DNA of 64,000 nucleotides from Octopus bimaculoides (GCF_001194135.2 NC_068988.1:54710533-54774532), one strand, 5' to 3'. Positions 1 through 13,438 are shown, counted from the first letter of the stretch. Program-made: numbers and translations. The notes: generated from the letters alone by a model not told the origin.

Positions 1-151
1 AATCTCCCTCAAATAACATTTTATTATTTTAAAACAAAGGAAGGACTTATGAGATTATTTGCTCCTAGATAAAAAATAGTTGGGATGGTAACGGCTTGAA
101 TGTCTTTCGTCATGTCTGCTTAATCAAGACGGACCTTTGATTAATTTAATT

Positions 152-598
152 GCCCCAGGTTCAGTCCCATTGCATAACACCTTGGGCAAGGATCTTCTAG
201 TTTAGCTCTGGGCCACCAAAACCTGTCAGTGGATTTGGTAGGCAGAAACTGAAAGGAGTCTGTTTTGTGTGTGCATCCATGTGTATGTATGTATATATAT
301 ATAGATAGATACCCACATATATATTTGTATATGTATGTATGAGTGTTTGTATGTTTGTTTTCCTTGGCTTGACATCACATGATAGTGCTAATGAGAGTCA
401 ATATTGACAAGTAGTGACATTCATTTCCAATATTCTGTGGAAATACACCTGCCTATAGGGAGATATTACCTTGCTCAGAAGCAGGTGAAGGTTTGCAACA
501 GGAAGGGAATTCAGTTGTAGAAAATCTGCCTCAATAGAATACGCCCTACCCATACAAGCACAGAAAAGTTGACATTAAAACTATGATAATGATGATAC
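152..598 (+). mobile_element. tRNA-head SINE family A, RTE-type tail (A2)
   Basis: ggttcagtccca...ccttgggcaag...ggatttggtag..aaactgaaa core, then ggaagggaattcagttgtagaaaatctgcc...gttgacattaaa...gatgat tail; recurs many times in the window. Confidence 0.75.
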
Positions 599-759
599 TT
601 CTTTTCCTCTTCCTCCTTTCTTTAACTCTCCTTCTCTCACCTCTCTTCTCATCATTTCTCTCAGCATCTGTCTCACTTCTTCCTCATTCTCCCCACAACA
701 TACATGCATCAATGTTTTCTCAGCTTTCTAGACGTTATCAATGTTTAGGCTATACTTTT

Positions 760-1078
760 TTACTTGTTTCAGTCATTTGACTGCGGCCATGCTGGAGCAC
801 TGCCTTTAGTCAAAGAAATCGACCCCAGGACTTATTTTTTGTAAGCCTAGTACTTATTCTATCGGTCTCTTTTGCCGAACCACTAAGTTACGGGGACGTA
901 AACACACCAGCATCGGTTGTCAAGAGATGTTGGATGACAAACATATACACACACATGCATATCTATATACATATACATATCTATCATGGGCTTCTTTCAG
1001 TTTCCGTCTACCAAATCCACTCTCAAGGCTTTGGTTGGCCCGAGGCTATAGTAGAAGACACTTGCCCAAGGTGCCACG
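760..1078 (-). mobile_element. SINE family A, alternative tail (A1), young copy
   Basis: Reverse complement of the family-A core with tail ...gtgctccagcatggccgcagtcaaatgactgaaacaagtaaaa; CpG-rich, so little decayed. Confidence 0.8.
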
Positions 1079-1117
<39 letters not shown>

Positions 1118-2510
1118 CATATATATATAATCTTGCAATGATGTTTGCAAACATTAGTTCATTGTCAGAAATTGGTAGAGAAGCTACATAACTGATTTAA
1201 TTTAAATAATAAATTGTTATTTATCACAATTTAATTACAAGGAAACAAAGAAAAAGAAAAAAGTTGGTGGGTGGGGGCTAAGCAACTGAAGATGAAGGGG
1301 GCAGGTGGGCCATGCACCCCAGAATAAATGGCCTGTTCATCTGAGCCCCACATTACTGCGATGGCGTTGTCATGGAGAATGGCCAGCAACATTTGCTGCT
1401 GTAGCCATTCCACTTCATGTGACTGAATTGGCCCAGTACATTACTGCTTAGTTTTATTGAACTTGGAGAGAGAGAGAGAGAGAGATGAGATAAGAAGTGA
1501 AGTCAAATCTGATGGGATTTGAACTATGGCTGTAAATAAAGGAACTTAACTAAATACCACAAGGTATTTAGTCCTGCACCATACCAGTTCTACTGCAATG
1601 ATGATGTTGGTGATAATACTACTGATAATGATTAGATGCTTGCTATGAAGTCTCATTTCAGCCTTAGCCTTGATATCTCTAATTTCAGATTGTAAGAAAG
1701 TTGACATCCTATAGTGAGAGCTATCTTATCTATCTTCTTCATTTTTCATTTTATTTCCCACTTCTTGTTCTTTTCTCCCTCTCTTCTCCTCATCCCCCAT
1801 CCCCCTCTCTCTCCAATTCGACCCACTCCTTCACTCATCCATCCATCTATCTATCCATCTAAAGTAACTGAGAAGAGTTCAACCCTGGTATAGTGTTACT
1901 GTTGTTGGGTGTGTGAAGTAATTTTGCTGTTGAGGCAAGGGTGGNNNNNNNNNNNNNNNNNNNNNNNNNNNNNNNNNNNNNNNNNNNNNNNNNNNNNNNN
2001 NNNNNNNNNNNNNNNNNNNNNNNNNNNNNCGGTGGTGGTGGTAGTGGTAGAGGTGTTTCCAGAGTTGTTCTGTTTACTTCTGATTGTTGTGATATTGCCA
2101 TGTTACTCTGTTATGGTATTGATGTAGCTTATATAAATATTTACTGTCACCTGTACCACTGTGTACTGTGTGTGTGTGTGTGCCTCATACCAGTACCAAT
2201 ATGTACTACCAATTGTACAGCCAGGCTATTGAGGAGAATCTCTGAAATGGGTCTTTTAATTAATATATAAAAAAAGAAGAAAACTAGCAGCTAAGTCTTC
2301 AAAGGAAAGCACACCTTGCCATCTTTAAAAAAAATGAAAGGTGAAACACATTGGACTGTGTAGTCCTTGATACTGCTACTACTATTACTACTACTGTATA
2401 CCATTACATATAAAGCAGTAAGGTACATTGAACTGTAATCCTTGATAGTCACAGCTTGAGCATCTTTGATCACAGACATGTTGCATCAAGGCCACTTTAG
2501 AGTTAAAATT

Positions 2511-2552
<42 letters not shown>

Positions 2553-4384
2553 AGTAGTGTACCACTACATGTATAGCAATGTCTTCTACTACGTATGACA
2601 GTGTGTACTGTGTCTTGTACTAGTGCCAGTATGTACCACTACATACAGCAGTGTTTGTTATTTTGTAATCATGGAGTGCCATCACCTTTTTTTTTCTAAC
2701 ATGCATTAGTTGGAGGAGGAAGTACGGTATTCATGATATTTCTCTGAACCTCCAGTACTGATGGAAGGAAGGAAAGACCCTCTGATTGGGGACTAGGCCT
2801 GAATGTTTGCAACAGAGGGTATGTTACTGAAGGCATTCAAGGTCGAGTTGGTGGTGGCAGTGGTGGTGTTAATAGACTGAATGATGGATTAATCCTATCA
2901 TTTCTATCAAAGTGTAGCATCACCCTGTATCATAACAGTGTATAATAGTCTGGTATTTGCCAACTTGGGATAAATATCAATAGCATTTTGTTTGAATAGC
3001 TTTCATCTAAAATCCTATCAATCTTTTATCATTTGGTTCTCTTATGCACACACACACATACATGCACACGTGCACTGCACACAAACACCTCGCTGTTCCC
3101 TCCCCTCCTCAAAGCTTGGCTTTCCATCTACTGATAATGCCAACACCATCCACCCCACTTCAATGCAATCACTGGCAATTTGCAGTCCCTACCCTGTAAT
3201 CAATGGTGCAAGTAGTGACACCCATGATCTCATCACCTTACACTCAACGCTCAGTTAAGGGCCCCATAATAAACAATTTCTAACAAAAGTTTTTCTACAA
3301 CTGTATAGAAATGTATAGAATTCGGGGAGAAAAAAAAGAAAAGATGTCCTCACCATCACCCTCTTCCATCCGGTGTGCCAGCAGTTCGCCACCCTACCAC
3401 ACCACATTGCTGTCCCTCAACCCCACTCTCTATTGCTTCTGCTGCTGCTGCTGCTTAGTAAGTGTTTAATAATGAACTTTACAATAGATTTCTTCTCTCT
3501 GCTCGTTCAATATTCATCACTTCCCATTGACTGAGAAGTTATCGGTATTTGTCTTTTTGTTGTTGACTGATTAAACATGAAATGTGTTTTCACGAAAACT
3601 GGTGAGCCACAGTTGAAAGCACAACATTGGACAACACTGACATTGTTGTCACTGTTAACTCATTTATTTCTCTGTAGTTTTATATATGTATTTTTTTTTT
3701 CACTGCCATGTGTTTTCCTGTTACTTCATTATTGATCCCCCTTTCTCATAGTGCCACAAATGCCATCAACTATCTGCTTACTTTCACAGAATTTACTGAT
3801 ATTTATGTATGCATTTATTTATTTATGTATGTATTCATTAACTTACTTTCTTCGTAATAAAAACTACTGCTATTGTTGGCTAATTTGAATTTTGTTTATC
3901 GTGCGTACAAGGTTGTGAAGTCACAGCTAGTTGAATCGATAAAATGCTTGCTTGCTTGCTGGGTAATGAATCGACAGTTCGTTTCCTGCAATGGCCACAT
4001 ATTACATGTTCCCTGACAAAGCGTTGAACTTTCAGTAACTCTACATTACAAGCTCAGCTGTAAAATTATTTTGGAGTTTATGACCCTTACAAAGAATATA
4101 CAAGTTGGGTACAACAGTGAAAGGATCATATTTGCAAGGAATAAATTATCTTAAACAGTTATCAGGTTATATAAAGGAAATTTTCTGGCTGCATCACAAG
4201 ATGCCAATGAACATATGTATTTAGGAGAATATTCATTATTACCTTCAAATTACTATAATGACCACCAACCTTAGTATAATAAAAAGCCTTGATGCCACTC
4301 CCAGCTTAGAATGGACATAAACCATATAATAAACCCAATGATAATTTCACAGCAATATTTACTCTCGTCACATGTCAATAACCT

Positions 4385-4755
4385 TTCTGTGTAGTAAGAA
4401 GTTTGCTTCCCAACTACATGGTTTCAGGTTCAGTTCCCCTGCATGGTGCCTTAGGCAAGTGTCTTCTACTGTAACCTCAGACTGACCAAAGCCTTGGGAG
4501 TAGTGGTAGTCAGATACTGAAAGAAGCCGGTCATATGTGTGTGTTTGTCCTCCACCACTGCTTGACAACTGGTGTTGATGTGTTTACATTTCCATAACTT
4601 TAGCAGTTCAGCAAACGAGACTGATAGAATGAGTACCAGGCTTTACAAAAAAATGGTTAGTTCTGTGGTTGATAAGTTTGACTAAAATTCTTCAAAACAG
4701 TGCCCCAGCATGTCCACAGTCTAATGACTAAAAAAAAGTAAAAGATAAAGATAAA
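4385..4755 (+). mobile_element. SINE family A (A1 tail)
   Basis: ctgtgtagtaagaagtttgcttcccaac head, core, and gtgccccagcatgtccacagtctaatgact tail. Confidence 0.75.
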
Positions 4756-5942
4756 AAATTAGCATGAAGTAGAATCATCTCCAATCTTTCTTCAAATAAA
4801 GCAATTTTTTATGACAATTGTGCATTTGCAAACTGTATTTACTAAATTACTTATATCTCACCAATCCCAACCTTCTACCATCTTAGAGTTTCTGTAACAT
4901 TATATGGTTCACACAGCTCTTTAACTTAAACAACAAGTTAAATATCACCGAAAGTTTTGTAATCCTTATAGATAAACATTTCCCATTGCATCTCTGCCAC
5001 AGGAAACTCTTTAATTGGAACTGTTTAAAAGTCAATTGGAGCTGTATGTATAAGCCAACAAAAACACCCAAGGCAAGCTGCACTTGCAGAAATATCAAGG
5101 CATGCCCTGCTTAGCCATTTGTATAATGTTGAATTGATAGTATACAAAAGTTACCTTTATGAAACTGGACTAACTGTAAATTTATATACAGATATGATAA
5201 AAAGCAGATTTTAACAACACTATTTCAACTGCGTTTCATCATTCAAGCATGTTAAAGACAAGAATGCTATAACTTTGTCAAATTACATTTGATGTTTAAA
5301 GATGACAACTTTTATGTTTACATCAGTTAGAAGATCCTTGGGTAAAAAAAGAAAGAGGCCCTATATAAATGGTGCAAAAAGATGCTTCTTGATATGAGGT
5401 ACTCTTTGAAAATAACTCATATTGACAAAAACATTAATGCTGTGCAATACCTAAACATTTGATTAGAATTCTTTAGAAAATTACATCACGGCCAGATGTT
5501 CTTTCCTTCTATATATCATATATATATATATATANNNNNNNNNNNNNNNNNNNNNNNNNNNNNNNNNNNNNNNNNNNNNNNNNNNNNNNNNNNNNNNNNN
5601 NNNNNNNNNNNNNNNNNNNNNNNNNNNNNNNNNNNNNNNNNNNNNNNNNNNNNNNNNNNNNNNNNNNNNNNNNNNNNNNNNNNNNNNNNNNNNNNNNNNN
5701 NNNNNNNNATCACTCTTATGTAAAAAGGTGTTCAGTGTCACCATCTACCAGGAACCCCAGACATTGATGTTTTGAGTTTCTTGACTCTTTGATGAGAGGC
5801 AACTCCGAATGGTAACTATGGTGAATTTGCATTTTAACAGTAGAAATATATCACAAACATATTTTAACTAACCTAAATTTTGCTTATGCCTAAACACTGC
5901 TTGGCCCTAACATTTCATTATATATATATATATATATATATA

Positions 5943-5993
<51 letters not shown>

Positions 5994-6269
5994 AATATAC
6001 ACACACATACACACACACACAGAGGATGGCATATGTCAACTTACGTCAATAATTGGTTCCAAGACATGCAACTTAACTTGAAAAGCAATGTAACAAAAAA
6101 ATTCGTTTTTTTAAATTTCATTATCATATCTTGTTTTAATAAATGGTTTCTACATATTTTTACGTGTATTCTATTCTCCTCTTCGGTATTGTTTTTTTTT
6201 GTGGGGGGGTAATTATTTGAAATGATATCTTGTGTATGTTTGTCAGAATATTCTTTGTTTCTCTTCCAG

Positions 6270-6367
6270 CGATATCCTTTCCTGCTGAGGGACATGATGA
6301 ACTCTACAGCTATGCACTTAAAGATGTGGCTAACATGCTGAAAACTAAGCATGGTGACAAATATCTG
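6270..6367 (+). CDS. TNS: Tensin exon A (PTP domain): AISFPAEGHDELYSYALKDVANMLKTKHGDKYL
   Basis: Acceptor tctcttccag at 6269, donor gtgagt at 6368; 98 nt, phase 1 to 0; matches tensin/PTEN ISFP...MLKxKH motif. Confidence 0.95.
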
Positions 6368-6565
6368 GTGAGTAATCCTTCTTACTTCTTAAGCAGAAAT
6401 CAATATTCCTTACTGCAACACTCACATCTATACTGCAGTTATTTGAACATCAATTACCCAAATTTCAGATCATCCAAACAAGATCTCTAGGGTCTCATGA
6501 ATATTTAATTAGCCAAACTGTTTGTAACTCAAACTTAAAATAATGCTGGTAGCGAGGTACAAGCC

Positions 6566-6995
6566 TAGCTGTGTGGTAAGAAGTTTACTTCACAACCACA
6601 TGGTTTTGGGTTCAGTTCCACAGCATGGCATTTTGGGTAAGTGTCTTTTACTTCAGCCCTGTGCCAACAACTTTAGTCTTGTGAGTGGATTTGGTAGACA
6701 AAGACTGAAAGAAGCCTGTCATATAAGTAATGTGTGATGGGGTGAGTGAGAGAGAGTAACATTCTCTTTGCCTTGACTTTACTTGATAGTTGCAAAGGAG
6801 TGTCACATTTATGCAAGACATGTCCTTCATTTCCAATCTTCTATGATAACATGTCCAGTCATGGAGAAATATTACCTTGCCTGGAAATAGGTGAGGGCTG
6901 GCAACAAGAAGAGCATCCAGCCATAGAAAATCTGCCTCAGCAAATGCTGTCTGACCCATATGAGCATGGAAAAGGGGATGTCAAGATGATGGTGA
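6566..6995 (+). mobile_element. SINE family A (A2 tail)
   Basis: Same head and core; ends gagcatggaaaaggggatgtcaagatgatg. Confidence 0.75.
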
Positions 6996-7174
6996 CAGTT
7001 TTGTCTTCTGCCTACAATGATTAAAAGTGAATCTAAATTTTGTTAAAATTACTCATATGCTTAAGGATTTTGAGAAGCATGGCATATTTAGTGATGTCTT
7101 CATTACTCTACACTTTTGTTCTGAGCATGAATGTGTTAGATGTTTGTTGCTATTACCATGTCTATGAGGAGGGA

Positions 7175-7690
7175 GTGAACGCCATTAACAACCAAGCAAA
7201 GTGAACAGCATTAACAACCAGGCAGAGTGAACACCATTAGCAATCAGGCAGAGCAAACACCATTGGCAGTCAGGCAGGGCTAACACCATTGGCAGTCAAG
7301 CAGGGCTCACACTATTAGCAGTCAGGTGGGGTGAACACCATTAGCTTTCAGGCGGGGTGAACACCATTAGCTTTCAGGCGGGGTGAACGCCATTAGCAGT
7401 CAGGCGGGGTGAACACCATTAGCAGTCAGGCAGGGTGAACGCCATTAGCAGTCAGGCAGGGTGAACGCCGTTAGCAGTCAGGCAGGGTGAACGCCATTAG
7501 CTGTCAGGCGGAGTGAACGCGATTAGCAGTCAGGTAGGGTGAACACCATTAGCAGTCAGGCGGAGTGAACGCCATTAGCAGCCAGGAGGAGTGAACGCCA
7601 TTAGCAGCCAGGCGGGGTGAACGCCATTAGCAGCCAGGCGGGGTGAACGCCATTAGCAGTCAGGCGGGGTGAACGCCATTAGAAGTCAAG
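7175..7690. repeat. 26-bp minisatellite, about 20 units, consensus GTGAACGCCATTAGCAGTCAGGCGGG
   Basis: gtgaac recurs every 26 nt (7175, 7201, 7227 ... 7331, 7357 ... 7669); no spacers. Confidence 0.95.
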
Positions 7691-8094
7691 TTGTGAAATT
7701 TTGCAACATTTGACTCATCACGAGGAAAGACTTGTGGAGCTTTTGATAAACTTGTGGATCCATCTGACCCATGCAAGCATGGAAAAGTGGACATTAAATG
7801 ATGATGATGATGGCTTTGATATAAGCCTGGATATTGAATAGATAAGATATAAACAAATAGGTAATTGAACACAAGTACCACTTGTAGATATTTTTTTTAT
7901 GTGTTCATTTAAAAATGAAGAAGAAACAAAGGAGATATTAATTCCTCAAACTACAGCAAAGGTAACCTGTTTAGGAGGCTAGTAACTATGAAAAAAACTG
8001 ATATAGGGTTGAGAGGACTCTTTAGTAATGACAAGTGACTGCTCTGGGGGATGATGGATCAATAAAATGCATACAGTCCATGTTTCAAAGTGGT

Positions 8095-8460
8095 TGGTAA
8101 TAAGATGAGCTTCCAACCATAATAACTATTCCAAAAACATGGTAAAAAACCCCCTTCAGTCATGAATGACCATGGGATTGCATGTAGCAAGCTCCCCTCT
8201 GAGGCACAAGTCCAGGCAAGGTTGTTTATGGAAGACCAGCCGCTCTGCTTCACACCACTGATGTTATCCAAGGGAAAGGCAAAGGCCAATACAACTTGGC
8301 ACCAGTGATGTGGCAACTCATTTCTACAGATGAGTGAACTGGAGGAATGTGAAATGAAGTGTCTTGTTCAAGAACACAATACACGGCCCATCCCAGGAAC
8401 TGAACTCACTACCATGATTGTGAGCTCAATGCTGTAACCACTGAGCCATGCACCGTCACA
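8095..8460 (-). mobile_element. tRNA-head SINE family D with extended tail
   Basis: Reverse complement of gtgcatggctcagtggtta... head and gtgttcttgaacaagacacttcatttcaca central block shared with 19432, 22663 and 32645. Confidence 0.65.
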
Positions 8461-8562
8461 TGACAAAATGTGACCATGTAATAAATGACTGGCAGTTCTC
8501 ACTGTTTTTAAGGTCTAAAGAATTTAAAGGTTGGCTAAGTGTCTTTATGGATCATGTTTTCT

Positions 8563-8803
8563 TGTTTCTTATTTCTTTATTGCCCACAAGGGGCTAAACA
8601 TAGAGGGGACAAACAAGGACAGACAGAGGGATTAAGTTGATTACATCGACCCCAGTGCGTAACTGGTACTTAATTGATCAACCCCGAAAGGATGAAAGGC
8701 AAAGTTGACCTCGGTGGAATTTGAACTCAGAACGTAACAGTAGACGAAATACCGCTAAGCATTTCGCCCGGCGTGCCAACGTTTCTGCCAGCTCACTGCC
8801 TTG
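8563..8803 (-). mobile_element. Complete tRNA-derived SINE family B (Deu/Nin-like central domain), 19-bp TSD
   Basis: A-box-like ggcagtgagctggcagaa, B-box-like gagttcaaattcc and core gcctttcatcctttcggggttgat...aagtaccagtt on the minus strand; TSD tttatggatcatgttttct at 8544-8562 and 8804-8822. Deu/Nin label is from recollection. Confidence 0.9.
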
Positions 8804-9879
8804 TTTATGGATCATGTTTTCTGTTTAGAAAATCAGAATTGTTTTTTAACACTTGTTGTTGCATATATAACTTGGTGGTAAGATGTAATATGAGTTGAGT
8901 GTAAAGAAGGAGAACCACTTGCATAATTTGACAACTAATACAGGGACATGGTAAACGGTTTTAGATACATTTTTCAAGTAATGGAAGGAATTAAACCAAT
9001 TTATTCCTGGGTAATATGATATTATTGTTATGCTAATATTATTGTAGCATTGCATGCATTTTACATGCTGATTAAACCTATTCAAGGCAGCTACCAGTTC
9101 AATGTCAGAGTTTAGATATTAAATTGAATAAAGCTTAACATAGAAGGTTGCATGCAACTATAGCTTGGAGAAACTTAGTGTGTTGATATGACAGCTGTAA
9201 TATTTTTATATAGTTATCTCTAGTGTGTGTTTTTCTGGCTGTACTAGTAAATTTGGATAGCTCATTTGTAGACTTGCTCTTTAGGTGCTGAAAGTGTTTC
9301 TTCATGTTTTCAGTTTTTTTTTTTTTTAATCTTTTGGTAACTGTTTTCATCCCCAATCTATTTTCAAACACAGACTCAACAACACTACCATCATCAGATT
9401 AGTGATTTATTTATCATGGGGGTCAAACTGACCCCATGGTAAATAATCACATAGTTTCTTTATATAGAAATGAGCTGGCAAGTTAATTAGTAGTCTGTGC
9501 TAACAGGAGACAATACAAATTACCATGAAGATAGCAAACATAAGATTCTGGACAGTCTTTCAACAGAGAGTGGGTGCATAAGAGAAGATAGTACATATTG
9601 AGTCATTCTGCAATGAAAGGCTCATCAAAATATTAGGTGTTACCTGACCTCATGACAAATTAACATGCCCCTATGTTTTACTTTTAGTGAATGGGTATAA
9701 AATTTATGAGAGTAACTAAAATACTGATTAGTCAAGGCATCAATGTTATAATTACTCTATTAGTTCATTCATTTTTACATCCATTTTTACTATGCTAGCA
9801 TGAGTTAGAAGAATATATTTATTCAAGTGCACCAGGTGCATAGTTTTACAACCTTGTTTGTCCCTTATAGACATGCATA

Positions 9880-10190
9880 GTTGTGTGGTTCAGAAGCTAG
9901 TTTCCTAATTACATGGTCCTGGGTTCAGATTCCCTACATAACACTTTGGGCAAGCATCTTCTACTATAGCTCTGAGTGGATTTGGTAAACAGAAACTGAA
10001 AGAAGCCTCTGTGTGTGAACCCTTGTCTCAACATCATGTGATAGTTGTAAATGAGCATGTCTAGCCATAGGAGAAATATAACTTGGCTTGCAAACAAGTG
10101 AAAGCTGGCAACAGGAAGGGGATTCAGCTGTAGAAAACCTGTTTCAACAAAGGCAAGCAGGGAAAGTGTACATTAACCAATGATAATGAT
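9880..10190 (+). mobile_element. SINE family A (A2 tail), internally deleted
   Basis: Head and core plus ggaaggggattcagctgtagaaaacctg tail. Confidence 0.7.
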
Positions 10191-10462
10191 GCTGTTTTTC
10201 AAGTAAGGAATCATAGACACACCAATAATTTTGTCCAGGAACAATATTTTTTAAATGGCCACAGCAAAAGTAACACCTGTCTACAACATTCACCAGAAAT
10301 GACTCGAGGTAATAACTTCCAAATTCCTACCAATTGAAGTTTTAGTATTTTAACCCTAAGCGGCTTCTATTTTATTTATTCAATAAAAATTTCCCAGTAT
10401 GTCACTAATTATATGTCTCATTCAATCATTTCTGAAATTAAATTATTGTTTTCTCTTTTCAG

Positions 10463-10513
10463 GTTATCAATCTTTCAGAAAAAAGAGAAGATCTATCCCA
10501 AATCAATGTTCAT
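10463..10513 (+). CDS. TNS: Tensin exon B (PTP domain): VINLSEKREDLSQINVH
   Basis: Acceptor ttctcttttcag, donor gtaagt; 51 nt, phase 0-0; NLSE motif of the PTEN/tensin family. Confidence 0.93.
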
Positions 10514-11399
10514 GTAAGTAAATCTCACTTGACCATACACCATCTTTCAGGCATTGGGTTACAAATTGTGGTACTCATGATCCTTTGTGTATATATATTT
10601 TGCTTGTATGCACATGTGCACACACACACACACACACATTTGGCCTTACGTGATCTCTAAAAAGTACTGGGTTTATTGTATTAGTTTACACAACTTCTCA
10701 AATTTCAACAATACACAAAACAAGGGTAGGACTTCCTTTTGATTCTGTGTATGTATATCTTCTGCTTGCCATTTGGGTGCGTGCACACACCACATCACAC
10801 AGTTATTTTAAAGTCTTGTTTACAACTGTATGCCTATTATACACACACACACACACACATGTATGTATATATAATTTACTAAATACACCTCAGGTGTTAG
10901 TTACCATTTATAGATCAAATGACAATGACACATCTTATATTGGGCATTAACGGAAATTTACCCAACCTTCAGTTATATGTTGTATTCGTGCTGAAGTAGG
11001 CATAAACATTCATTATGTAGGGAATTGAGATATCTTGGATATATTATGATTATTATGCATGACTGCCTAACCAAAAAGACCTGGTTCACTCCCCACATTT
11101 ATTGTCTTTAATTTCAGAGTATTATTTTCAAATAGACTTAATTTGTTACCCTGTTTATCACCACCACCACCACCTGGCCTTTGATTTCTTTTAGAATCTA
11201 AGAATTTAGTTGTTTCAAATACCTGCAAAGTTCTTTAGAAGTAGTTGACAGATTTTGTTATCTAAGTGGCGGAATTAGCAGTAAAGGTGATGGATATTCT
11301 AAAAGAACAGTAGTCAGAATAAGGATAAAATGGAAAATGTTTAGAGAGAGAAAGAGAAAGTTTATTCCTACTGGCAGCAAAATGAAGGGCTAATCCTGT

Positions 11400-11855
11400 G
11401 GTGCTTGTGTACAAAGTGTGACAGTGTATGGTTGTGAAGTATGGGCATTCGTGGCCGGAAAGAAATAAGGCAAGAGTGATTCCGTTAACTATGTAAATGT
11501 TAGTGTATTGAGGAACGACCTCAGGATGCTGAAACTTTCAGGTGAGATGACAAAAGACTGAGATGCCTGGCATCTCGCTGTGCTCAAAAAGACCTGTACT
11601 CCACTGCAGAAGTGTTAAGACTAGTACCTCCGGTGATGTAAAGCACTTATGGTGGTGCCACATAAAAGTGCCCATGCAGTATGTTGTAAAAGCACCCAGC
11701 ACGCTCTGTAAAGTGGTTGGCGTTAGGAGGGGCATCCAACCTTAGAAACAATGCCAAATCAGACTGGAGTCTGGTGCAACTCCCCAGCTTGCCAGCTCTG
11801 GTCAAACTGTCCAACCCATGCCAGCATGGAACAACAGATGTTAAATGATGATGAT
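11400..11855 (+). mobile_element. Degenerate RTE-clade LINE 3' fragment
   Basis: Residual QSVTVYGCEVWAF (RTE LYGxETW-like), decayed ORF end, then 3' UTR ggcgttaggaggggcatccaac...ccatgccagcatggaacaacagatgttaaatgatgatg. Confidence 0.7.
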
Positions 11856-12206
11856 GAACGAACAAACACAAATGAGCCAAGAGAAAAAGACTGTAAGCTG
11901 AATCGGATGTAGTGCACAAGAGGAAAGACTGTACTGATATGAATGAGTGAAACCTGTGAAAGATACAAATAAGTAGTGAGTAATCTACATAGAAGTTACC
12001 CATGGAAGAGAAAAAGTAAGAAAGTCTTGGAAGGGAGGGGATTTTTAGGAGGCTGAACCTCAGCAAAGAGATGACAAAGAACTACAAGTAGTAGGACATT
12101 GTGCTGGAAAAGCATGGAAAAACAGATGCAAAGATGATATTGATATAAATGAAGCAATTTACTTTTACGTTAAGTAAACTCCCTTTACCTTTTAATAATT
12201 ATAATA

Positions 12207-12377
12207 ATGTTTTCTACTCTAAGCACAAGGCCTGAAATTTTGGTGGAGGGGACCAGTCGATTAGATTGACCCAGTACTTATTTTATCGACCAAAGTCGAC
12301 CTCGGTGGAATTTGAACTCAGAACGTAGCAACGGACGAAATACCGCTATTTCGTCCAGCGCGCTAACGATTCTGCCG
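12207..12377 (-). mobile_element. SINE family B with internal deletions (tail type b)
   Basis: Reverse complement of head/B-box and tail aaatttcaggccttgtgcttagagtagaaaa. Confidence 0.75.
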
Positions 12378-13232
12378 TGTGTGTCTGTGTGTATGCATGT
12401 GCATGTATCCCTGCAATATAGAGGACAATAGCCAGTGTTCTACCTACCAACCTGCCTGATAATATTTACTTTGGTTTTGTTTGATCAGTAATTTCACTGG
12501 AAACCTATGTAAATCTTGCAGCCTGTTATCTCAAGTTCTGGTGGTTGGTGGTTAGTGGTTAAGGCATGCATGGTGTGGGGTGTGAGGCAGCTGCTAAGGG
12601 AACCCAAACAGAGTAGGAGGCATGCAATAATGGTAGTGGTGAGTGATGGTGAGAGGCAGCATTTCTAGTGGTGATGATGATGATGATATGGGTGTTAGCA
12701 CTGGTGATAATGATAATGTGTTGGTAGCAGTAGATATTATGGTATTGGTGGTAGCAACTGTGGTAATGGTGGAAGTGGGGAGTAAATGTACTTTTGTTTT
12801 TTCTTAGTGAAGTTGGGGATGGGGTATGTACTTTTTTTTTTTTAATTTTGTTTTATATATCAATTTTGTGTTGAGTAGTTCCAGGAACACTCTGTTATCT
12901 AGGACGGAAAAGCTTTTATGTTTGTTCTGGAACCATTGGCTGCCGCTGTACTCAGTGCCTTCCCCATCAATGCCCCCCTTTCCTACACACTGACCAACAG
13001 TGTCCATGTGTTGTTTAATCACAGACTAACTCTCCCCTCCCTAGAGAAATTGGGTGGAAATCAGGGGCAGCTGAGAGAGGTGTGTTGGCAGAGTGGGACC
13101 TGATCTCTCTTTTAAAGTAGCTAGGAAGCGAGGAAGGAAAGAACTTGTTTCCTCTTCCCAGGAGAGTGCGAATAATGGTATGAAGGGAGGGATAATGGGA
13201 GGCTAGTTGTTTAAGTTTGTAGCTTATACACA

Positions 13233-13266
<34 letters not shown>

Positions 13267-13298
13267 AATGTATGCNNNNNNNNNNNNNNNNNNNNNNN

Positions 13299-13357
<59 letters not shown>

Positions 13358-13407
13358 TGTATATATGCACACATATATACATACACCATTGATATGTATG
13401 TGTGTTT

Positions 13408-13438
<31 letters not shown>

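Noticed and set aside
7175-7690. CRISPR array or coding repeat
   Set aside because: Units are contiguous with no unique spacers, and the 26-nt period breaks every frame with stops.
9402-9450. Small hairpin around ggggtcaaactgacccc (similar small stem at 27944-27974)
   Set aside because: Short, imperfect, and typical of decayed MITE palindromes.
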